The position numbers and the translations under genes were made by a program. DNA of 64,000 bases, from positions 1-64,000 of IMG/VR virus record IMGVR_UViG_3300037067_016568, one strand, 5' to 3'. This stretch comes from a virus (Duplodnaviria > Caudoviricetes). Below are positions 34,458 through 43,224 of the stretch, piece after piece. Position 1 is the first letter of the stretch. Each line of letters begins with the position of its first letter. The notes under the pieces were generated by a model. That model was not told the origin of the DNA, did not search any database, and saw only the letters and a program-made list of their open reading frames with translations.

Positions 34458-35600
34458 TTATCTGTTGATTGTTACGTCGATATCGATCTTATTACATGCC
34501 CGTTGGATCAACGATTGCATTTGTCGCCAATCCCATCGAGTCGTTTCAGTGTTGCCAATGCGTCCTGCATATTCTAAATAGTAATCCGCAGGAGGAGCAA
34601 AGATAACAAGATGACCGATGCCATTTGTTGCCAGTAATCTTGTCACATCATTGGCAAGGTGGGTGCTCCAGGTTTTGATGAAATCACGCCACCGCCGCTC
34701 ATATTTCGCCTTGTCTGCAGCCGAAATATATTTCCTGGTCTTCTTACTCTCTTGAATATCCAAGGTATTTCGCGTGTGTTCAACATCCTCGCCGCGACGA
34801 AGGCGGAATATGGTTTTACCATTGAATCGGAAGGAGAATGGGCGACGTTGCGCCGCTAACAGAAATGCCGTCTTATTCTTGTCAAGCGGTACTTTCACCT
34901 TGGGAATAGAATGGCAAGGATAAGCAATTAATCTACCGTCGCGTTCCTTCAAGTCGAGTCCCTTTAAATCCCATTCACCCGCTGCAATTTTCCACAGCAT
35001 ATCGCGGACAGAATGTAGCCTATAGCTTTTGGTCTTAATGATGAATGTCATCAAACCATAGCCGTCGACGTTGACCTCAAGCTTCCAATCTTCATTCTTG
35101 CTCTGCGGAACGATGATTCGGCAGTCACGTTTATGAAACGGAATGCTACTTCGTTGAGACGACTGTAGGAGACCTCCTCGGCCCAAAAGGACTGTTATCC
35201 AGCGAGGATAAGCCGACTTATACCCATGTTTCTGCAGTATTCTCAACGCTTTCTCGGTTGCTAGCTTACAGTGCTTGTTCATCGAGGGATATGTAGCAGA
35301 CATGATTTCGTCAAGCTGCTGAGCCATTTCGGTACTGCATGGATCGACAGGGCACCGCGTACGGGGGCCAACGCGAGTCTCAGGCTCGTAAAGCCAGCGG
35401 CGATCTTGTTCTGCCCATTCACGAACGAGAAGATGATTGCCAGCTTCAAAATGAATTCGCAACCATGCTGACATAAAATCGTTGACGATTCTCTGAATAT
35501 CAGAAGCAAGAGTGCCGATGTACTTTTTGTGTGACTTATAGTCATCGTCACCGCCAAGTAAACTGATTCGCTTGTTCTTAACAACTCGAAAGTCGGCCAT
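34458..35600 (-). CDS. Cas12f/TnpB-like protein B, nuclease-dead and C-terminally truncated
   Basis: paralog of 35735..37096 (NDF.S.W...H.EAG, CPV.P.S..MA, RW...L.G.G, VP.S.N..WKL, LWKI..GE, WDW..MQ); RuvC-I site reads TAFLLAA, RuvC-II reads HLVIFAP. Confidence 0.75.
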   Translation of the reverse strand: MADFRVVKNKRISLLGGDDDYKSHKKYIGTLASDIQRIVNDFMSAWLRIHFEAGNHLLVREWAEQDRRWLYEPETRVGPRTRCPVDPCSTEMAQQLDEIMSATYPSMNKHCKLATEKALRILQKHGYKSAYPRWITVLLGRGGLLQSSQRSSIPFHKRDCRIIVPQSKNEDWKLEVNVDGYGLMTFIIKTKSYRLHSVRDMLWKIAAGEWDLKGLDLKERDGRLIAYPCHSIPKVKVPLDKNKTAFLLAAQRRPFSFRFNGKTIFRLRRGEDVEHTRNTLDIQESKKTRKYISAADKAKYERRWRDFIKTWSTHLANDVTRLLATNGIGHLVIFAPPADYYLEYAGRIGNTETTRWDWRQMQSLIQRACNKIDIDVTINR

Positions 35601-35613
35601 ATCGTCCTCTGTA

Positions 35614-35698
35614 GGTTAAAAAAGGTAACTCTGGCGAGAGCTAACACGGTACGGAATGCCCGCAGCTATTCTCGCCTTCGAGACGTACAGGACGCCTC
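35614..35698 (-). ncRNA. putative tracrRNA, copy 1
   Basis: two hairpins, split anti-repeat (CCUGU loop + AGUUACCU), U6 tail; TGCTATAAG extended -10 about 20 nt upstream (35717-35725). Confidence 0.75.
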
Positions 35699-35734
35699 AA
35701 TTAGTGATTCTGCAAACTTATAGCACAAAAACAA

Positions 35735-37096
35735 TTATCGATTAACTTCTTTTTTACGGGGCTTACCTCCTTGCCTAGCGATTACTTTCATCCCGGCTGC
35801 TGCTCCAACCGCTTCCAACTGCTGCTGCATGTGGTACCAATCCCAGGCCGTCGATTCATTACGGCCAATTTTTCCGACATTAGAGAGATAACGAGTATCT
35901 CGCCATTTACCGGTTGGCTGATATGTTACCAGTTGACCAACGCCCGCTTTAACACAGCGACCTATAACCTCTGCGGCCCAAGTGTTGTTGAAGGTTTTGG
36001 TCTGATTACGCCAATTGCGTTCCGACTTTCGCCGCCAGTTATGGACTTTACGACCATGGTTTTTACGCGCACTAGATGCATATTTGTACGATTCGCTTTT
36101 ACCGAACCGTTGAAGCGTCAAAGAACGACGAGCATGTTTAATGTGCCTGCAGCTTCGCAGTTTCATATGTGTCTTACCATCAATGCGAAGCATCACGCCA
36201 TGATATCGACCACCTGATACGACAGCCGTTTTCTTGCTATCAGAGGGGGCAACCACACCGGGCATCAAATAGCAGATATCCGCATACCACTTGCCGGTGT
36301 TTTCACACTTAATGATCTGCGAAGTGCCGAAAATGTATTCGCCAGACGTAATTTTCCACAACACCTTGCGAATAGGTGCTAAATGACGCCCGCCAGTCCG
36401 AAGTTTGAAAACCATGGGGCGTAGAGTTCTTTGGCCATCTACTTTTTCGTAACGAACAATCAACTTCCAAGGGTCATTATTACTTTTAGGGACGACGAAG
36501 TTGCTGTTAGCGGTGTAGAATGGAACCGGTTGTGGTCTGGAAAATTGTGAATATTCTCCATATCCACATAGGATCATAAACCAGCGCTTATATTTAGACT
36601 TCGTGGCCGGTGTGGAGAGGAGCGTACTACTAAGCCGCCTAGAAACAATACCAATCGGTTTAGTCCCTAAATTGCAGTGTTGAGTAGTCAGGCGTTTATA
36701 GATCTCATTCGCCATCTTGTTAGAATATGGCTGAACGGGGCATTTTGCACGTGGAGGGATTTTCACGTCGAAAGAGGGGAGTAACTCCTTCTTTCCTTTT
36801 CGCTTCTGAGCTTTCTGAGCCTTGTCCAATTCGCCGTATTTCTGTGCCCATTCCTTATCTTCTTGTATCCATTTACGAAGAGCAGTGGGAGAGCCAGCTT
36901 CAAGATGCAAGCTAAACCACTGACTATGAAAATCATTTGCGATTTGCTGCATTTGAAGCGATATCTTGGCGAGACGTTCTTTTTCCTCTGCAAAGCCGTC
37001 GTCAATACCACATAGCTGGACGCGAATAATCTTCGTAAGTCCTTCTGGCTTCTTTTTACGTGGTTTCTTTTCTGCCGGTTTCTTCAATTTACTCAC
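35735..37096 (-). CDS. Cas12f-like protein A, nuclease-dead and C-terminally truncated
   Basis: KITSGEY.FGTSQII.....KWY..I.Y, KYASSARKNHGRK, WDWYHMQQQL...AAGMKVI align by eye with AsCas12f1-type RILSGEY..SASQII.....KWYLNISY, KYAGGARGGHGRD, WTYYDLQQKI...EEAGIKVI; GIDLG is replaced by VVSGG, MEDL by TYQP; no Zn finger or RuvC-III. Confidence 0.8.
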   Translation of the reverse strand: MSKLKKPAEKKPRKKKPEGLTKIIRVQLCGIDDGFAEEKERLAKISLQMQQIANDFHSQWFSLHLEAGSPTALRKWIQEDKEWAQKYGELDKAQKAQKRKGKKELLPSFDVKIPPRAKCPVQPYSNKMANEIYKRLTTQHCNLGTKPIGIVSRRLSSTLLSTPATKSKYKRWFMILCGYGEYSQFSRPQPVPFYTANSNFVVPKSNNDPWKLIVRYEKVDGQRTLRPMVFKLRTGGRHLAPIRKVLWKITSGEYIFGTSQIIKCENTGKWYADICYLMPGVVAPSDSKKTAVVSGGRYHGVMLRIDGKTHMKLRSCRHIKHARRSLTLQRFGKSESYKYASSARKNHGRKVHNWRRKSERNWRNQTKTFNNTWAAEVIGRCVKAGVGQLVTYQPTGKWRDTRYLSNVGKIGRNESTAWDWYHMQQQLEAVGAAAGMKVIARQGGKPRKKEVNR

Positions 37097-37143
37097 TATA
37101 GTCTCCTACACAAAATAAGCGGCTTTATTCAGGGGCCTGTAGT

Positions 37144-37552
37144 CCTGTAGTCACCTGGGAACGAACGCTATTCAACATTCACATCGGGCTTGTAGTCAAG
37201 CCTGTAGTTACCTGGGAACGAACGCTATTCAACATTATTGAGACAACTTAATCAATGATGTCCTGTAGTCACCTGGGAACGAACGCTATTCAACATTTAA
37301 AACTGTCCCGTCCCGTTTTGATATAGCCTGTAGTCACCTGGGAACGAACGCTATTCAACATTTCAGAAGCTGTGAAAGCTTCATCTTGGCACGCCTGTAG
37401 TTACCTGGGAACGAACGCTATTCAACATTCCTCGGCGATTTCGTCGGCTGTAATTGGCACCTGTAGTCACCTGGGAACGAACGCTATTCAACATTTCCCT
37501 TCGTCGTGATAATCAGCCTGTAGTCACCTGGGAACGAACGCTATTCAACATT
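37144..37552 (-). CRISPR. CRISPR array 3: 7 repeats (variant CCTGTAGT(C/T)ACCTGGGAACGAACGCTATTCAACATT), 6 spacers (21-31 bp)
   Basis: repeats at 37144, 37201, 37262, 37327, 37394, 37460, 37517. Confidence 0.95.
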
Positions 37553-37564
37553 ACGCTAACGGGT

Positions 37565-37648
37565 GGTTAAAAAAGTAACTCTGGCGAGAGCTAACACGGT
37601 ACGGAATGCCCGCAGCTATTCTCGCCTTCGAGACGTACAGGACGCCTC
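37565..37648 (-). ncRNA. putative tracrRNA, copy 2
   Basis: identical to 35614..35698 apart from a 1-nt deletion near the U-tract; ends 12 nt upstream of the first repeat of array 3. Confidence 0.75.
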
Positions 37649-37735
37649 TATTTGGTGATCATAGTTTATCTGGACTGTTTTAGCATCACATTAATAGGTA
37701 GTTAACTTCGATTAATCTCTTGTGAAGCCTGTAGT

Positions 37736-37914
37736 CCTGTAGTTACCTGGGAACGAACGCTATTCTCCATTTCGTCTCCATTTACATTTTGAACGAACGC
37801 TATTCTCCATTGACGCTAAGGGCCACGTTATCGGAGCACCTGTAGTTACCTGGGAACGAACGCTATTCTCCATTCGGCTGTTATGAAAAGATATTGCAGA
37901 TCCTCCTGTAGTTA
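37736..37914 (-). CRISPR. CRISPR array 4: 2 full and 2 partial repeats, 3 spacers
   Basis: full repeats at 37736 and 37839; partial 37791-37811; handle-only CCTGTAGTTA at 37905-37914. Confidence 0.85.
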
Positions 37915-37995
37915 TTCACGAAGAAGTGTCATCTCGGATTTCTTTGATTTTTATTCATATGTGCTCTGATATAATCCTTTAGCACGCTGGTAGTT

Positions 37996-38054
37996 TTTTA
38001 TAGCACGACGCTGGTATTAATTAATTAAATAGCCATATTTGTCGTGCTATAAAA
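37996..38054. promoter_or_regulatory. 14-bp inverted repeat, probably divergent extended -10 promoters
   Basis: TTTTATAGCACGAC (37996-38009) / GTCGTGCTATAAAA (38041-38054) around an AT-rich core, between the CRISPR locus and a plus-strand operon. Confidence 0.6.
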
Positions 38055-38070
38055 GGGTAGAGGTTTAAAA

Positions 38071-38781
38071 ATGAAGCTAAGCAAACGGTACATCTACCCA
38101 CCACGTCCAAAAGACGCAATCCCTTTTAGTCAGATTGGGATGTATAATCAATACGGGTGGAAAGCCCAAACGAAATTCAACGATAAACGCACCGAAATCG
38201 CAATCGATGCAAACACTGTCGAGATATTTAACCGCCACAAAGGACAACACAAGACATTCGTGTTGTCCGATTCTCTGCGAGATGAGATCATCGTTGTTTG
38301 TCGTGACATTTTCGGATTGGATGTATCACAATGGTCATACCTCGATGGGGGGTTGCTTGATGGAAAGAGCAAGCACATCGAAGGGATGGTCGTCATCTGG
38401 GACATCCTAGTCCGTGAGGGCGATTGGCTCGTCGGCAGCACTTATCAAGAGCGATATGAATGGCTACTAACCAAAGCGGAGGCCGCTGGCGGCGAACCGT
38501 TCATCGTCATCATAAATGGTCAAGAGTTTGACTTCGGCATCAGACTCAGCGAACACATTTTTATGCCGCGATTCTGGGAAGACTTCGAATCTTGCTGGCA
38601 ATTTACGCAAGAAGTCAACAAAGCTGCCGGATGGAGCATGGAGAATGGTGGTGAGCCCGTATTAGAAGGGATTGTTATGAAAGATCCTCAGGGAGTCTTA
38701 AAACCTGATAACGGGAAAGAAAAGAATAATACTGAATGGTCTGCTAGAAGCCGAGTTAGAACTGGCCGTCATCATTTCTGA
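38071..38781 (+). CDS. ATP-dependent ligase-like nucleotidyltransferase domain protein
   Basis: QTKFND (motif I K), YLDGGL, IWDIL, EGIVMK motifs. Confidence 0.65.
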   Translation: MKLSKRYIYPPRPKDAIPFSQIGMYNQYGWKAQTKFNDKRTEIAIDANTVEIFNRHKGQHKTFVLSDSLRDEIIVVCRDIFGLDVSQWSYLDGGLLDGKSKHIEGMVVIWDILVREGDWLVGSTYQERYEWLLTKAEAAGGEPFIVIINGQEFDFGIRLSEHIFMPRFWEDFESCWQFTQEVNKAAGWSMENGGEPVLEGIVMKDPQGVLKPDNGKEKNNTEWSARSRVRTGRHHF

Positions 38782-39479
38782 GAGGTATGATGTGACACAT
38801 AAAGAGATAAAGGTCGGGCAAGAGTATGATTTCATCGATCAGCCTGTGAGAATCGTCGAAATTCTCTACTTCACAGACAACGGAAAGAAGAATGCTGAAA
38901 CGGCTATAGCGGCTACCCGATTTGGCGGCACAGTAGAAGTGCCGATTGCAGCCCTGCAGAGACGGCAGTAAGCAGAAATCTGAGAACTTTCGCTCTTTTA
39001 GATTTGGATCTTATTAATGCCACAACCGACACTTGAAATAACGCCATTGGGAGCAGCCCTGGTTGAAGCCATGCCAGATCGAAAGAAGATGGCTCACGTC
39101 CGTAAGCTGTTCAAACAAAAGAAATGCCCAGATTCTGAATTGTTTTCGGTCGAAGAAGTAGAGCATTGGTATTTCGATCGCGGTCAGAAAATAAAGGGCA
39201 TTGAACGTAGAGGAAGCATCAATGGATAATGAAACACGCGAAACGCATGAAAGCTTCGGTATGATCGGCTTTTTCCGGGGAGCTCGTGGAGGATCGGGCA
39301 CCAATCTCTTTGGATCATCTATTCGGCATCCTCATACAATTACATGTCGTATCAAGCGGGCGATGAAAGAAAGGCGCTTAAATCGAGATACGTGCAACGC
39401 ACCAATGAACTAGGTATTAAATGTCTCCAAGGCGGCGAATCACTGGCTCCGCCACCGGCCATAGAAGTCGAGGGCTAAT

Positions 39480-40010
39480 ATGCGAATAATCTATCAGAAT
39501 AGCTACGAGAAATCGCATGCTGACGTTTTTGAGGCTAGGATTGCCGAGATCAACTTCGGGGGATATGACGCAGCAGATTTTGATGAATGGACCTCAACCG
39601 TTCTCAAAATGTTCAAACCCAGATCGCGTACAGCAAAACAAATCGCGGTGGAGATGGGTGATCTGTGCATCAAAGAATCACCCACGCATCCAGCGCCTCC
39701 CAGCCGGATTTTTAGGGTCCGCAATCCGGCTGGGTTATTTTGGTATGTTGATATCATTCCTGTGACAAAACAGTTCCTTTTTATTCTAGATAAAGAGCAC
39801 ACGGAAGCTATCTCACCAGATGAAGGTATAGCACGTCTTATCCACAAACAGACAGGTCATAAGACTAGGAGCGTCGTATCAGGCGATTTGTCGACTGTGA
39901 CAGTGGAAACAGGACATGGCACTTTCACTACCGTCGATACTCGCACACAAGAAGATCGTAAAAAAGAAGGCAACGAAACGCTAAAACGTTGGACTAATGA
40001 TACTAAATAA
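39480..40010 (+). CDS. hypothetical protein
   Basis: 176-aa ORF. Confidence 0.45.
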   Translation: MRIIYQNSYEKSHADVFEARIAEINFGGYDAADFDEWTSTVLKMFKPRSRTAKQIAVEMGDLCIKESPTHPAPPSRIFRVRNPAGLFWYVDIIPVTKQFLFILDKEHTEAISPDEGIARLIHKQTGHKTRSVVSGDLSTVTVETGHGTFTTVDTRTQEDRKKEGNETLKRWTNDTK

Positions 40011-40491
40011 CCAACGCCTTCAAGGGTGCAAATCCGAGCATGAAGCATTACTACAGGAACATATAGAGCGCATGGTGCAGCTACAACGCAGCATCATCGA
40101 TGGCAAAGTAAAGTTCTGTGGGATTGAAGAACTCATATTAGCGCTTGGTCAGTTTGATACCGTTCAAGCGCTCCCGGCAGGCATATCTCGTGGCAGAATG
40201 AAACGATGTTTTCAAAACGCTTATCATCTAATGTTAGAGGGCTACGTTTACGTTGAAGGCATCGCAATGACTGCTACATGTCTTTTCCCCACTTTTCATG
40301 CTTGGTGCGTTGACGAAAATGGTGGCGTTATCGATCCCACTTGGCCTGATGGTGTAGCTTATCTTGGCGTTCATCTTCGACGAGAATTTGTATTAGAGCG
40401 AGTAATGAAAAAGGGCAGATATGGCGTGTTTGGCAATATAGAAGCACGCGACTTATACGAATATGGTTTACCTAAGGGTGTATTGACATGA
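39997..40491 (+). CDS. hypothetical protein, transglutaminase/papain-like Cys-His-Asp pattern
   Basis: CFQNA...YVEG...HAWC.....VIDPTW. Confidence 0.5.
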   Translation: MILNNQRLQGCKSEHEALLQEHIERMVQLQRSIIDGKVKFCGIEELILALGQFDTVQALPAGISRGRMKRCFQNAYHLMLEGYVYVEGIAMTATCLFPTFHAWCVDENGGVIDPTWPDGVAYLGVHLRREFVLERVMKKGRYGVFGNIEARDLYEYGLPKGVLT

Positions 40492-41597
40492 AGACTCTCA
40501 TCGTTGTTGGTGATTTCAATGATCAGGGTGGTCACGAATCTAAGTTTGGCAAAGAATTCGCTGCCGAATATATAAATCAAGGAAGCATCAATGACGGCAT
40601 TAAAAGCTATGAATGCACTGTGCACAATGGCGGCTGTTTTAGTGATTTGGAAGCCATAGACTTCCGTGAATATAATACAATCGTTTGGTTTGCAAACGTT
40701 CCAAATGATAAACCAAAATTGGTAAGGAGTATAAAGGAGACCAATCCCAAGTGCATGCTCGTCACTTCCAAACGCAATGACCTCGGCAAATACAGTTTAA
40801 CTCAACTGCTAGGCAGAGCATTGCAGACCAAAAGCAACTTGTTCGTCGAATTCAAACTGGACTCTACATTCGGAAGTCTCAACATAACAACAATTGTAGC
40901 AACAGTGTACGATCCGCTCGGTAACTGTTTTGTCAAATTGGTATGGCATATCCCAACACTCGTTTCAACTCTACTTCGCAGACTACGCGAGTTGCGCAGC
41001 TTCACCAGAGTCGGCAGCCATCAACTGGGTGAGGCCATTCCATTCCCAACGGATGAATGTGGTGCAGAATTCTTTAATCCGGTACGCCGCTATGCCGATA
41101 CATTTCACACTCTCATAGATGCGCCTACTGAGCGATTCCTCGGCAACGTTTCATTCCGATGTACCCACGGTTTCCCATCATTTCGCAGCAAAGCAGCTAT
41201 TTTCGTTTCCAAAAGAAACATCGACAAACGTGGTATCGATGAGCATGGTTTTGTGGCGGTAAGAGAGACGCCACAAGGTGTCGGTTATTATGGCCTTAAC
41301 AAACCATCTGTAGATACGCCGATTCAACTGGCGCTTTATGCAACGTATCGTCGGATCAATTTTATGTTGCATAGCCATACTTACGTGAAAAATGCCCCCT
41401 TCACCGGAAAGATCATTCCATGCGGTGCAATAGAAGAAGTTGATGAAATTCGGTCGCTCATTCCTTCTGCCGAATGTAATTGGTTCTTCATCAATTTGCT
41501 TGGTCATGGGAGTATTTGTGCAGTCGAAGACCCTGCTATGTGGGCTAATATCCCATATATTGCACGTCCGATGCCGGAACTGTATAATAGGAAATGA
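40488..41597 (+). CDS. protein with class II aldolase/adducin-like C-terminal domain
   Basis: GNVSFR, KPSVDTPIQ, MLHSHTY, LLGHG. Confidence 0.55.
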   Translation: MKTLIVVGDFNDQGGHESKFGKEFAAEYINQGSINDGIKSYECTVHNGGCFSDLEAIDFREYNTIVWFANVPNDKPKLVRSIKETNPKCMLVTSKRNDLGKYSLTQLLGRALQTKSNLFVEFKLDSTFGSLNITTIVATVYDPLGNCFVKLVWHIPTLVSTLLRRLRELRSFTRVGSHQLGEAIPFPTDECGAEFFNPVRRYADTFHTLIDAPTERFLGNVSFRCTHGFPSFRSKAAIFVSKRNIDKRGIDEHGFVAVRETPQGVGYYGLNKPSVDTPIQLALYATYRRINFMLHSHTYVKNAPFTGKIIPCGAIEEVDEIRSLIPSAECNWFFINLLGHGSICAVEDPAMWANIPYIARPMPELYNRK

Positions 41598-42373
41598 TAT
41601 GATTATCGATTGGTCATTATGCCAGTGCTGCGGCAAGCAAGCTAAACAGCGACGGATACCTACTCGCAAATACGCGGGCGGCGTGTTACTTCCTGACTTG
41701 TGTGACAAATGCTACAACGAGATCACCGCACAATTCCCAGATGGCGATATGGCCTATGCAGAAGTCAAACGACGAGAAGAGGAATTTAAGAAGAACTTTG
41801 TAATAACTGGCTTTGGGCTCTCATCCACGAATATGCCAAGCGAAAGGCATCTGCCGAAATGATGGTGGAAGTCCAAAAGATGGACAATGCCTTAGAACAA
41901 TTCATCAACGATCCCAGTATGCCAAAAGAAGTACAGCGATTTGCGAGAGCAATGACGGACCCAGGATGCAATGAGTGTTGGGTTTCAAGCAAAATCAGCT
42001 GTAATCATCCAGAGTGCAATCTAAAAATCAAAGAATGGTTTGATGCAAGAGAAGCACTGATAACTTTCGGTCTTCAGCTAGACCGCACCGTCTTATCTTC
42101 CGTACGTTAGAGACGTATTTGAAGGATCGAGATAATAATGATTCACGTAGTCGGTAAGGCGGGGTCAGAAGTGATGATAAGCTATAACACAACGAAAGCC
42201 ACAGTACATGCGGCTACTAACAATGAAGAGATGATGAAATTCATCGTCAATAATAGGCCAATTGTAGTCTATCAATTCTGGATCGACACCGGCAAAGACG
42301 GTGCGCCCGACATGTATAAAATGTTATATAGTAAAGCCATTCCTGCACCTGAAAATTTCCTTCCCTCAGACGT

Positions 42374-43144
42374 CTAGTGTTTTTCACCCGACTTTTCTGT
42401 GTCAGAATAATTCTTTTCATGCTCCTTGACTTCCTTGTCGATTAGTGCTAATAGGTAGTCTTTCAGAGCCGCCCAACATTCTTTTTCATTGGGTTCTTCT
42501 TCTGTCTTACTATTTGAATCGGGCGAGCCCCATGTATCTCCATGCTTAATTAAATGGCGATTCCCTTGATCACGATCAGGAATAAAACAGAAATATGGGT
42601 TTGTATGATAAGTATGACCAAAAGCATATCCATCCCATAGTTGACACCGAAAATAGATTGATGGTTGCTCCCAGTCCCCACCTCCTTTTCTCATCTGACA
42701 ATGGAAAACGCACTTTTCAGGCAGAGATAAACGCTGCGGAAGTGATATAACTCGATCAGATATATCGTCATCGTTTTCTAAGTTAAAGCGAACACCAAAT
42801 TCCTCTGTGGCTTCTTGAAACTTGTCTTGCCACATCGGCTTCGCAATAGCATCATACCCAAAGAATTCGTCTTCTTCAGTGAGCAATGTCTCAATAGTCT
42901 GATCAAGCTCGTCTAGTTTGGTAGGAACCCAACCATATTCGGACTCTGTGAATAAATAATTGCTATTGTTGGCTAGCATCTCCTCGAATATGTCTTCAGT
43001 AATGACTATCCGGTATGAGGCGCAATATCTATGAAATTCCTCGAATCGGATCATCCCAACTGATGCAACATAATTATTCAATAGCTGCTGCGGTTGCAAA
43101 CAAATCTCTTCGCATATTGTGCTAGATACATTTAAGATACTCAT
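42374..43144 (-). CDS. hypothetical protein
   Basis: 256-aa ORF with GGAGG RBS. Confidence 0.55.
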   Translation of the reverse strand: MSILNVSSTICEEICLQPQQLLNNYVASVGMIRFEEFHRYCASYRIVITEDIFEEMLANNSNYLFTESEYGWVPTKLDELDQTIETLLTEEDEFFGYDAIAKPMWQDKFQEATEEFGVRFNLENDDDISDRVISLPQRLSLPEKCVFHCQMRKGGGDWEQPSIYFRCQLWDGYAFGHTYHTNPYFCFIPDRDQGNRHLIKHGDTWGSPDSNSKTEEEPNEKECWAALKDYLLALIDKEVKEHEKNYSDTEKSGEKH

Positions 43145-43224
43145 TCGAGCCTCCTGGACCTCGTTATATGTTTGCCTATGAAAGATAATTAGTAGGTAGA
43201 TACGTTAAAGAAAGACTAGAAACT

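Noticed and set aside
34458-37096. IS200/IS605 or IS607 transposon with TnpB
   Set aside because: No TnpA/serine recombinase or element ends seen; genes are flanked by arrays and tracr-like RNAs
31641-37914. Plus-strand type II-C (Cas9-hijacking) interpretation of the arrays
   Set aside because: The 36/30 geometry fits, but tracr segment order, G-U wobbles, U-tract, promoters and adjacent Cas12f-like genes all favour minus-strand type V; not formally excluded
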